A DNA stretch of 63,429 bases, filler included, from Octopus bimaculoides (taxonomy: Eukaryota): assembly GCF_001194135.2 (NCBI RefSeq). It is 5 parts of 5 records of this genome, joined end to end, with 100 filler letters (N's around TTAATTAATTAA, not from the genome) between each part and the next. Parts side by side here need not be neighbours in the genome. Positions count along the whole stretch, not along the records: positions 1 to 21,186 come from NC_068985.1; 4 more parts are not named here. One strand, written 5' to 3'. Position 1 is the first letter of the stretch. Each line of letters begins with the position of its first letter. Below are positions 1 through 11,500 of this stretch, piece by piece. The position numbers were made by a program, and so were the translations under genes. The notes beneath the pieces were generated by a model. The model saw only the letters and a program-made list of their open reading frames with translations, was not told the DNA's origin and made no database searches.

Positions 1-62
<62 letters not shown>
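1..62. repeat. (TA)n microsatellite
   Basis: Direct reading; many similar tracts flank assembly gaps. Confidence 0.98.
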
Positions 63-67
<5 letters not shown>

Positions 68-575
68 GTATATGTAGATCTGTATATGCACACACACACT
101 CTAGCACACACACACCCATATACACATTCACGCATGCGTGCATGTGTGTAAGTTATTTGCCAAGACCTGCAACACACTAAAATGTCCTCTACTCACATTC
201 CTAACACAACTCTATATTTATTCAATGACTTCAGCAAAGAATTTACAAAATACTTCAGTTTTATATTCCGACATTCTCTTTTACAACATCTTTTTATTTC
301 ATGTATGCAATGTGCCGGAAAAAGAAAGGAAATAAAAAAAAACACACACACTCACACAAGTATTTATTTTTTTGCAATGTATCAACAGGCTGGTTTATAT
401 ATTTTTTTCTTTCCTCTTTGCAAGGAATGTTTGAAGGGTTTTGCTAATGAATGCTTTCAATTTCGAATTTGTACTGTAATAAAATGAAAATAAAAAAGAA
501 AAGACTAAATGAAATTTATTTCCCTGCAAAATAAGTCAGATGTGATGTGATTACTAATTCAGAATGTACTTATGT

Positions 576-576
<1 letters not shown>

Positions 577-672
<96 letters not shown>
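577..672. repeat. (CA)n microsatellite
   Basis: Direct reading. Confidence 0.98.
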
Positions 673-864
673 NNNNNNNNNNNNNNNNNNNNNNNNNNNN
701 NNNNNNNNNNNNNNNNNNNNNNNNNNNNNNNNNNNNNNNNNNNNNNNNNNNNNNNNNNNNNNNNNNNNNNNNNNNNNNNNNNNNNNNNNNNNNNNNNNNN
801 NNNNNNNNNNNNNNNNNNNNNNNNNNNNNNNNNNNNNNNNNNNNNNNNNNNNNNNNNNNNNNNN

Positions 865-907
<43 letters not shown>

Positions 908-1199
908 ATGTACATTCGTGCATATTACAAACATCTGTTTATTCTACATTTTGTAGCATTTTTCACTTGAGAAAAGACAAAAGAGATTAAATTTTATATA
1001 ATAAAACATAAATATTTTCTAAATTCTTTCTTACATTTCTGTGTCATATACTTTTTTGGCATTCACTGTATTTGAATATATTATTTTGATTTTAAGATTC
1101 AAACGATGGCTGCAAATGATGGATATTTTTATCATTTTTCATAACAAATGTACAGTCATATCTGGTTCTCTCTTTCTCTATCTATCTATCTATATGTAT

Positions 1200-1400
1200 C
1201 ATCATTGTCATCATCATTTAACATCCGTTTTCCATGCTGGCATGTGTTGGACGTTTTGACAGGAGCTGGCTAGGTAGACAGCTGCACCAGACTCCAACTG
1301 TCTGTTTTGGCAAGGTTTCTGTGGTTGGATGCCCTCCTGGAACCATCCACTTTACAGAGTGTACTGGTTGTTTACTTTGTGTGGCACCTGCTTGGGTACC
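1200..1400 (-). mobile_element. Repeat family C, short form
   Basis: catttaacatccgttttccatgctggcatg...ggatgccctcc. Confidence 0.7.
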
Positions 1401-1911
1401 TTTTGTATCATACATTGGTTTCATTTAATGCCCCGCCCCTTTCCCCTGCTACCATGGCATAGATTGAAGGCAACTGAGGAAGGATTTTGTGACAGGCTTC
1501 ACTTATCCATTTTCAAGTAAGGGAAATCTTTTATTCCAAAGGAATTCAAAAAGTAAAGAATTGTTGAGCAGTTTGTGGACAGGAAACTTCATCCAACATC
1601 TCAGTCACAAACGGTGACAACATCTTTCGCGGCCACAGATCAATCCTTGTAAACATTTACACAGCTACACTTAAAAACACAAACATAATTGAGATTCCAT
1701 CAACAAGATTTCCTCACAAAGAATTGGTTGACACAGAGCAAATGTAAAGGATACTTACCTAAGGTGCTGCACAAAGGAACCGAAACTTAGAGTATGTAAA
1801 TAAGAAGTGCTCTTCAGCTATGCAGGCTGTGCATGTATATATACATTATACATACATTCATACATATACACATTATACATACATTCATACATATATACAC
1901 ATTATAGATAC

Positions 1912-1942
<31 letters not shown>

Positions 1943-2383
1943 NNNNNNNNNNNNNNNNNNNNNNNNNNNNNNNNNNNNNNNNNNNNNNNNNNNNNNNNNN
2001 NNNNNNNNNNNNNNNNNNNNNNNNNNNNNNNNNNNNNNNNNNNNNNNNNNNNNNNNNNNNNNNNNNNNNNNNNNNNNNNNNNNNNNNNNNNNNNNNNNNN
2101 NNNNNNNNNNNNNNNNNNNNNNNNNNNNNNNNNNNNNNNNNNNNNNNNNNNNNNNNNNNNNNNNNNNNNNNNNNNNNNNNNNNNNNNNNNNNNNNNNNNN
2201 NNNNNNNNNNNNNNNNNNNNNNNNNNNNNNNNNNNNNNNNNNNNNNNNNNNNNNNNNNNNNNNNNNNNNNNNNNNNNNNNNNNNNNNNNNNNNNNNNNNN
2301 NNNNNNNNNNNNNNNNNNNNNNATATATTCTTTTATTCTTCTACTTATTTTAGTCATGCTGGGGCACTGTCTCGAAGAATTTT

Positions 2384-2471
2384 ACTCAAGGTGCATAAAT
2401 TGTACCTTAATCAGAACATTGAGTATTCTGGTCCACTAATGTGGGCGTGGATTCGAATCCCACTTCTGACA
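2384..2471 (+). pseudogene. tRNA-Leu-CAA: Intron-containing tRNA-Leu(CAA) pseudogene lacking its 5' half
   Basis: ACTCAAG anticodon loop (CAA at 2387-2389), ~35-nt intron (2391-2425) containing TTGAG complementary to the anticodon, long variable arm TCCAC-taat-GTGGG, T-arm GTGGA-TTCGAAT-CCCAC with one mismatch, 3' acceptor strand TTCTGACA, then a T9 Pol III terminator; D-arm and 5' acceptor strand absent. Confidence 0.8.
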
Positions 2472-2920
2472 GATATTTTTTTTTAAATGGTGGTGCCCCA
2501 GCATGGCCACAGTTCATGAGCTGAAACTAGATAAAATGAAAATGAAATGAAAATCAATTAAACTCAGTACAATCATTTTTTAAAGCCTGGTACTTATTCT
2601 ATCAGTCTTCTTTGGCAAATTGCTAAGCTATAAGAATGTAAAAACAGCAACATTGGTTGTCAAGCAGATGTGGATCACAGAAAAATACACAGACACATAT
2701 ATATATATATGTGTCTGTGTATACATATTTACATATTCTATTTGAAACTTTATCCTTAGCTGCATCATTTTAAGTAAACATTGTCTTGTTCTGCACTTTA
2801 CCAGATGTAATAGGTTGTCCTGAACTGTTCCAAGTGTAATAACTTCTCCTGTACTATTCCAGGATTTTAATGTTAAGAATATCATTTCTCTTGCTCACAT
2901 TTTTCCATGTAATATACATA

Positions 2921-3080
2921 GGCACAGGTGTGTCTGTGTGGTAAGAAGCTTGCCTACCAGCCACATTGTTCCTAGTTCAGTCCCACTTCATGGCATCTTG
3001 GGCAAGTGTCTTCTACTTTAGCCTTGGGCCAACCAAAGCCTTGTGACTGGATTTGGTGGATGGAAACTGAAAGAAACCTG

Positions 3081-3083
<3 letters not shown>
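2921..3083 (+). mobile_element. SINE family A (tRNA-derived, CORE-like), 5' part
   Basis: A-box-like GGCTGTGTGGTAAG, B-box-like GGTTCAGTCCC, CORE-like GGCACCTTGGGCAAGTGTCTT; many copies in the window. Confidence 0.8.
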
Positions 3084-3111
<28 letters not shown>

Positions 3112-4671
3112 ACACACACATATAGTCAATCGAAATAAACAAATAAAAATGAACAACATGAAGATGAGCATAAGAAATATATCAGCTTGATGCTCGGTGA
3201 AAGGAGAATGGTCCAGTTCCACTGTATGGCAGCTTAAGAAACTGCTTTCTGCTATAGCATTGGGCTGACCAATCAAAGCTTTATAAGGGGATTTCATAGA
3301 CGGAAACTGAAAGAAGCCCATCATAAATATGTGTATTTGTATGTATATATGTATGTCTTTTATGTGTGTGAGTGTTTGTCTGTATTCTTGTATCAGCGTT
3401 GCATGATGGCAGTAGATGAGCCTCACCACCACATGAGTGATGTTGGTGATCATCAGTCTTCCATGCAAAATATGTCTGGCTGTGGGAAATATTATCTTTC
3501 TGAATGTTACCTTTTGTGGAAACAGGTGAGTTTTGGCAACAAGAGGAGGAGTATCTGGTCAGAGAAGATTTCTAACTCAATAAATTGTCTTACTCATTGC
3601 AAGTATGGAAAATTGGACATTACAAGATGAAGATGATGATGATGATAGATATATATGTAAGCCATTAATTTCTTAATGTTTGCTTTCGGTGTTTGCTTAA
3701 GCAAGGAAAAATTAGTTGAGTGATTTTTCCCTGCCACACTCTTCAAACTTTCATTGATGGAAGAGCTGAATCACCTACAGAGTTGCTTCCTCACCTCATG
3801 AAACATTGATTCTTCCTGTATTTAGAGACAAAGTACAGCAGCACCCTCAATTTAAATCAATTGATCACTTGACCCTAAATCAGATGATCAATATATATTT
3901 CAATGCAACTATGACATATCCAAACCCATTCTATATATTTAACATACACAATGCAATTCCCCAGAGATATTTCCCACCAGCCATATTCATTATAGAATAC
4001 ACATTCCCAGTTTCCATCTAATAGAAATTAAAGAACCACACAGGATATTTGAAGAACCAACTTGTTAATTGATCAGCTATACCTGTACTTAATGTTAATT
4101 ATATCTTTATTCCTGCTTCTACTTCCTCTGTCATTAAGTAGTTCATAAATTCAACCCACCATCATATATTATAGGTTGTTTCCATTAGGCTGCGTCACCT
4201 TAAAGCTGGCTATACATTACATTTATCATCCATTTCAAATCTTTAATCTATACACACAGCTTCAAGTGCTAATTTGTTTCGACACATTCGCTCGACAATA
4301 AGTCATACTTTTAAATCCATAATGTCAAAATATTTTCATATCAGTCAAATCGCTATCAATCTATGTCTATCTCTGAAAATATCACGATCATGTGTGTGTG
4401 AGTGTCCATGTTTGTATGTGTGTGTGTATATGTTTGTGTGCAGGTGCACGTGTGTGTGTGTGTGCATGCATGCATGTGTTGTTAGTGTGTGTGTGTAGTG
4501 CAAGAATGGATGAATGGCTGTAGTGTTTACTTCACAGAATTCTGTTTTGGGGTTTCATCTCATTGCATACACTTTGAGAAAGATTTTTCTTCTCTGACCT
4601 CAGCCTGATCTATGACTTGTGTCCAAGACTATATAGAAATCCAATATATATATATGTGTGTGAGTGTGTGA

Positions 4672-4716
<45 letters not shown>

Positions 4717-5227
4717 CATACACACACACACATACATATAAAAGAATAAAAAAAATGGGACAAGAACACAAGACAGCCAGGCAGATGATAAAAAAGGGAG
4801 AAGGAAAAACAAGGACAGGTCATTCGGAGTCGAGATTGCTCCAATCTGGCCAGCCCCAGGAAAAAACTAAGCTAACAGCATTAGATTCCTTGGAAGAAAG
4901 CAGCGAATGTATACGAAAACAAGGATGGAAAAAAACAAAACGGAGAAATGGTACACAAATGCAAATAACAGGACATTAACAACATGTGTCTTTCATCTAA
5001 GGACGAACTAAATTAAACTGGCGTGTGTGGAAGTGAAGACTTACGGCAGGGACATAAGAGATGACAGGCATGGGGAGGGATATAGATGTTGCACGGATGG
5101 TAGTTGAACCAAGAAAGAAAGGTCAGGCTTGGTGGAACACTGATCATGTGGAGAGAGAGGAGAGACAGGTATGCATGTATGGTATCACTCAGGCAGCACC
5201 TGCTACACAACAGCAGCAAAAAAAAAA

Positions 5228-6193
5228 CATATTAATGCAGTCCTGAAAAGTGAAGTGAGCAACATTGTACGAGTTGGCAGTGAACTCCTCAAGAAACACT
5301 CTCTTCCTGATGATCTCCTGTACAGCACCAAAACAGCTGGGTTCTCTTACCTCAGAGAAGACCTGGATGGAAAGCACTCAGCATACAAAAAAAAAAAAAA
5401 GAAAAAAAACTATGTACGAGTATGCTGCCTGGAAGCTTGAAGAAGAAAGTAGAATTGCCATGAAGCACAGCCTCTCTTAGACACAAGACCACTACATTAC
5501 ATCACACTTTGAAGGCTAAACGTTTGCAATCCAAAAACAAGAGATTGCCACAAAGTACCTGGTGAAGAAGAGAGACAGTAATCCCAAGATTCAACCACAT
5601 GTGTAGGCTATGTCATGTTTCTATGGAAGACATCACACATGTGATTAGCAGCTGTCCTAAAATGTCATCACATTGCTACCATCCTATGCGGCATGATGTG
5701 GTTGCTAAAACAATTTAAAATGCCATCTGTAAAAAAAGACTGTCCTGAAATAAACTTAGAAAATTCCTCTGATATGGAATACATTCATAAACACCAATTC
5801 AAGGAATAATGGTGGAATATTCCCATCAAAACTTCTGTCAAATGTAAGCGTAACAGCTCGGGTATTGTTGCTTGGGACAGAGGGGCAAAGGTATGTACCA
5901 TCACAGAGGTTAGTTGCCCTGCACATATAAATATCTCTTTGAAAATCAAACAAAAATAGGATATCTATAAACAACTGCTTTGAAACCTCCAGCTTCTATA
6001 TCCAGACTATAAATTCATATTCATACCAATAATAATTGGAGCACTAGTTTTTATTGGTAAATGCTTAAAAGAGAGTCTGGATAAAATGGGATTTTAAGAA
6101 AGAGAAACTGATTGGCTGATTCGTACATTATGAGAGAAATCTGTGAGTGGAAGAGTAAAAATATGCAAGACCTTTCTCAAGTTCCAAATGTGA
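5228..6193 (+). mobile_element. R4/Dong-type non-LTR retrotransposon, 3' fragment (CCHC knuckle + restriction-like endonuclease), degenerate
   Basis: Manual translation across stops and frameshifts: [106 protein letters not shown]. Confidence 0.85.
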
Positions 6194-6750
6194 ATTTGTC
6201 TGGGTTAGCTACATCCCAAAGATGGAGCCTTGTATCTTTGTTGGAAACCAGCTCCCTCCTCAGTGGAAGATTTATAACAATATAGATATGCACACATATG
6301 TATATGAACATACATACATACATACATACACACATATATACATGTATGTATATATATACATGTATGTATGTATATACATGTATGTATCTATATACATATA
6401 TGTATTTATATATGTATATATGTATGTATATATATATGTATGTATATATTTATATGTATGTATATAGAATAATTGTGCATGCATTTGTCAGCAGGTAAAG
6501 TTTCAAGGTCCTTGCTGACATTTGTATTGAGAAATAAGAAAAAAGAAAAGCTATTTCCGGTAATTAAAGACATTTTATCTTAGACTCCTTCCAAAATTAT
6601 GGATTGCCAACCTAGAAATAAACAGACAATGCTAATGAAGGGTTCATTATAGTGATTAAGTGAAGGAATGGCATTTACTGAAAGTTAGCAGATCGATTCT
6701 AGGAAAACAAGAGATGAGCATAGCTGAAAAGATAGAAAAAAAGATAAGGG

Positions 6751-6799
<49 letters not shown>

Positions 6800-7024
6800 G
6801 GAAATGAAGTGCATGTGCTAAATAGGTAAAGAGAGACAAAAAGATAAAGGAGTAAGAGAGGGAGAGAAAGAGAGACGGTAGCCACAAATAGCATCAATTT
6901 GAGAAGTAACTAATGGAAAATTAGCAAATACATGGATATATAAGTAGATAAATTCATGCAAAAACATGTACAAATATATACATACATGCATATGTATAGT
7001 AATAAATATTCACATGAACACACT

Positions 7025-7026
7025 TC

Positions 7027-7071
<45 letters not shown>

Positions 7072-7102
7072 GTCTATCTATCTGTCTATCTATCTATCTA
7101 TC
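7025..7102. repeat. (TCTA)n microsatellite
   Basis: Direct reading. Confidence 0.95.
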
Positions 7103-7340
7103 AGTGTACATTTTATGTGTGTGTGTGTTTATATATGTGTGTACATATGTGTTATACATCCACATATGTGTGTTTGAGACGATGGGTGAGAATGTGTGTA
7201 TGGCTGTGGGTGTGTCTTTGGCTTCATTGCAACCGTGGGGCAACTGAGCAACTGTCTATTGTCCCAACCCCTGCCCAACGGGCAGATTTGGCAAACAAAA
7301 TTAAAAGAAGCCAAGCCCTTTGTACATATATGTATATATA

Positions 7341-7414
<74 letters not shown>

Positions 7415-7423
7415 CCAGGGCTG

Positions 7424-7500
7424 GCTTTAGGAGGTGCAGAGCCCAGTTGGGAACAATTTGGTGGGCCCCAGGTTCGCAGTCAACTTGCACCAAGGTCTAT
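7424..7500 (+). mobile_element. Possible hAT-derived MITE end
   Basis: Starts CAGGGCTGGCTTTAGG with an internal gggcccc motif, as in small hAT non-autonomous elements; partner end not found. Confidence 0.3.
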
Positions 7501-7544
7501 AGAAACATGAAAATATAAAAATCATAAAAATATAAAAAGCCACC

Positions 7545-7730
7545 CGTTGAAACTCTGCTACCGTGCGGTACCACTCAGTCCACGCTGTAAAGTGGTGGCG
7601 TTAGGAAGGGATTCCAGCCACAAAGACCATGCTAAACCAGATGGGTGCTAGACGTAGCCCCTGGCTTGTTGGTATCTGTCAAACCATCTAACCCATGCCA
7701 GCATGGAAAACGGGCTTTAAATGATGATGG
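7545..7730 (+). mobile_element. Repeat family C, short form
   Basis: ggcgttaggaaggg...cccatgccagcatggaaaac...aaatgatgatg. Confidence 0.75.
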
Positions 7731-7785
7731 TATGAATATACATACACATATTATGTATATATTTATATGTGTGCGTATATATATA

Positions 7786-8131
7786 CGGGGAAACGTTATC
7801 GGCATAAACATAAAAAAAGGTTTAAGGATGGCATAAGGACTGCTATGAAGTCAATTGGAATGGCTCCAAAAGATATAGAAGTCCTCGCTTCAGATCGAGT
7901 TGGGTGGCGAACAAGGGTGTGGAGCGGAGTGAAAGCATTTGAAGAGGCCAGGATGATGCAAGCAGGGCTCAAGAGATATTTAAGGAAAAATGTAAAGACT
8001 GAGAAGGTGAATGACAAGGACCTTTTTGTGTGCACAGTCTGTGACAGACCATGTCTGTCCTTGGCTGGCCTCAAATCTCACCTGCGAACCCATGGAAAAC
8101 AAACCTCATCCAGCTATTCTGATTATATGTC
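7786..8131 (+). mobile_element. RTE-clade LINE, 3' end of ORF with C-terminal C2H2 finger; 5'-truncated and cut by a gap
   Basis: GKR..KKRFKD..R..MK...LASDRVGWR..VWSGV.AFE..R...KR..RK...FVCTVCDRPCLSLAGLKSHLRTH is the typical RTE C-terminus. Confidence 0.8.
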
Positions 8132-8490
8132 NNNNNNNNNNNNNNNNNNNNNNNNNNNNNNNNNNNNNNNNNNNNNNNNNNNNNNNNNNNNNNNNNNNNN
8201 NNNNNNNNNNNNNNNNNNNNNNNNNNNNNNNNNNNNNNNNNNNNNNNNNNNNNNNNNNNNNNNNNNNNNNNNNNNNNNNNNNNNNNNNNNNNNNNNNNNN
8301 NNNNNNNNNNNNNNNNNNNNNNNNNNNNNNNNNNNNNNNNNNNNNNNNNNNNNNNNNNNNNNNNNNNNNNNNNNNNNNNNNNNNNNNNNNNNNNNNNNNN
8401 NNNNNNNNNNNNNNNNNNNNNNNNNNNNNNNNNNNNNNNNNNNNNNNNNNNNNNNNNNNNNNNNNATATATATATATATATATATACATA

Positions 8491-8542
<52 letters not shown>

Positions 8543-11500
8543 GTAATTTTCTGAAACGTATAATTTGTTAATAAAATTTTCTACATATACGTCTCAGATG
8601 GTGCAGATTACGATTTTATCGTAATTTATTGTGTAAAGCATTTTTCTCTCTCTTTTAAATAAATTCAAAGGTACCTGGTCCTCAACGGGGTTGTTTAGTA
8701 TGCTAGAAATAACAGTTATTATGCATAAAAAACAACCACTATTCTGATCCCTTAATATGCCACAAAAGGGGAAATAAGTCCTTTGCAGTGTACTAGGAAC
8801 CAAGATTATTTGATAGCACACGAGAAAACAAAAAACAGAAAACCAGGAAAAAATTCCGAGGTGAGGGGGGAATCCGAGGGCTCACCTCCACTCCGATTTT
8901 GGTGGATGCTTACATCATAATTCTGCCGAAACTTTTATTTGTTGCCTGTTGTTACGCTAAAAGAGATATACATAAAATGCAAATTAATAATAATTATTAA
9001 TTAGAATTTTCCGGAAGCTGGTTATATACTTATTGGTTATTCTTTTTTTACTATAAGCTCTGATGTACGACTCAGTTCTGTCAGGCTTTAAAAGAAAATA
9101 TATAGCGGGATTGATTCATTCAAGTGAAAAATTCTTTAAGGTGTTGCTTCAGCATTGTCATAGTTTAATTACTGAAAGAAAGGCAAAAATATAATGGTTC
9201 AACCCCACTTATAATTTTGAGCCAAGAATGTGTAGTGAGAGAGAGAGAGAGAGAGAGTTCCCAAATGCTGTATAAAGACAACCAAACAGGATTTTTGCAA
9301 ATAACACAATATTAAGATAGTAAGTTTGCTGTATCTGGATCTACCATGAACAAAACTTATACTTTCTGTTGTTTCTAATTTGATTCAATTACAGTTGTAT
9401 AAACCTCACACATGTCCTTTAAATGATAGATGTTTAACAAACTTTATTACACTAAAAGCATCATTTAAAGAAGATAATGGTTTATGCAGAATTCCCTTTA
9501 AATTGAGGTATAACTAACACAGAAATTCAGAACTTCGATCTTACCAGCTGATTCTATTTTATTGAAATAAATTTCACATTTAACAAGAAATACCTATTAC
9601 AACATTTTATAATTGCTTCATGTCTTCAGTTTGAATACCTTACCATTATATTTCACTTAGCTTCACTATTTACAATATTTTACCCATAAACATTTTAAAA
9701 ACTTTCTTCATCTTTACTCACTTCTTTTCTGATTATTTCTCTTATTAGCAATTGCTAGATTGTAAACAAATTGCTATATAAGTCGTCTTTAAAAAGAACA
9801 CACAAAAACCTTTACTTTTATACATCTCTTTTATCTACATTCACTCTCCCATCATCTTTTAATCCAATACATTATTGATACAAATGTTTCTTTTTTTTTA
9901 ATTTATTGCTTTTTATATTTCTACTTGTTTTATTTCTCTTTTCTTTCTTCTTCCACTGCTGCTGCCTTTCCTATTCGTCTTTGCTTTATGCACATGTTTG
10001 CTTTTACAGTTTCGCTATTTTCTTTCTTGATTTTTCTCGCTTTATGTCCATTATTTTTAACAGTGAGGCAGTTATGTATATTATCAGTTATGTACATGGC
10101 TGAAGGATAAAGGATAAAAAGAAAGAAATTTGTCATATTTACTATATTATAATAAAGAATGAATAGTCACTCAGAATAATGTATTGAGTCCTTACAATTT
10201 TGAGTACCATCATATGTTATTTTTGCATTTATAGTAAATAAATAAAAGCAAAGTTAATGGCTGATTTTCAATAGTCTTGAAATAGGTCAATTGTCCATTA
10301 GTTTAGCCTTTCAGTAACAAAAGTATATCTCCTATCTTGAAGTCCTACTCATATCAAACAAAGATATTATTTTATTTTATATCTTGAGCAAGAATATATG
10401 GCATATAATATTTTCTTCAGCAAAACTTCTGCTTATCTCATGCAATACATTGAAAATTTTCACAGACAAATATTTCTTCTATCTGTCCGACACTCTTTCA
10501 TATTGTGTATTTCTTATCAAAAAGCCATTAGAGTTCTGGGATATTTTCCACCAGCACCAGCACCACCGCTGCCGCCACTTGCGCTCCGGCCTTTCCAGCC
10601 ATGAGTAAAAGTGATGTTAAACCAACATCAATGTTGATGGTGATGACAGTGATGACATTCATGATGATGATGATGATGATGCTGAGGATGATGATTGGAA
10701 AACTCTGAAGAAAAATTATCAACATAACTTGCAAGAAAGCATTTTGATGTATCTATAAAACCTTTGCTATGAATATGTTATATCTTTCTTTCTGAACGTA
10801 GAACTTTATACACAGCAGTTAATAATATAGCATTTTGTTTCTGTAGGTCAGTTTTCTAGATACCAAACAAATCTCTCTTGTTGTTGCCACAAACATTAAC
10901 AACATTAGAGAATACCTAACATAGATTCTTCTTCTTCTTCTAATGTCTCTTCTAGATAATCTTCTCTGAATTTAGATAACAATATCAAATTTGCTTTCAA
11001 AGAAATTAAAATTATTTTTTTCTTTTTCCTTTACTTTTATGTTTGTATTATCACATTGTGTTCCCCTCAATATATTGGTGATATGCTTCCTGCAGATAGA
11101 AATCCAGTCTTGTGATAATGAGTAGCTTTCAGTAATTCGCTAAGTTTGATTTCACTTTACAGCTTAAATTTAAGCTGTTTCTTCTGCTCTATTCCTTGTC
11201 ATCTGAAGCATGTTATTGTATTAGCAACTGTTTATGCATGATGTGTTCGTTGGATGCATATCTTCAACTTACTTGAAATCATAACAGCCTTATCTCTGAA
11301 GATATGCAATATTAACAACACTATACACTCAAGAATAATTTGCTGTAAAATAGGATTTATACATTTTTAAAGATATTTTTCCTTTAATTTAAGAAAATGT
11401 ATTTCGTTTCTTTAGTCAGATTTAATGATCCAAATTTTTCAAGTTAAATGCTAAGATTTTCGTTTAATTACTGCCAATAAATTAACTCATTGCTACGCAA

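Noticed and set aside
547-990. HT/YI/CV-repeat ORFs and ORFs running through N gaps (here and throughout)
   Set aside because: Translations of (CA)n, (TA)n and (TG)n microsatellites and unknown bases; no coding signal
8858-8888. 8-bp hairpin GAGGTGAG/CTCACCTC
   Set aside because: Too short to be significant in 63 kb without other support
10540-10610. GC-rich Pro/Ala-like stretch
   Set aside because: Short cca/ccg low-complexity run beside (GAT)n; no splice sites or homology recognised
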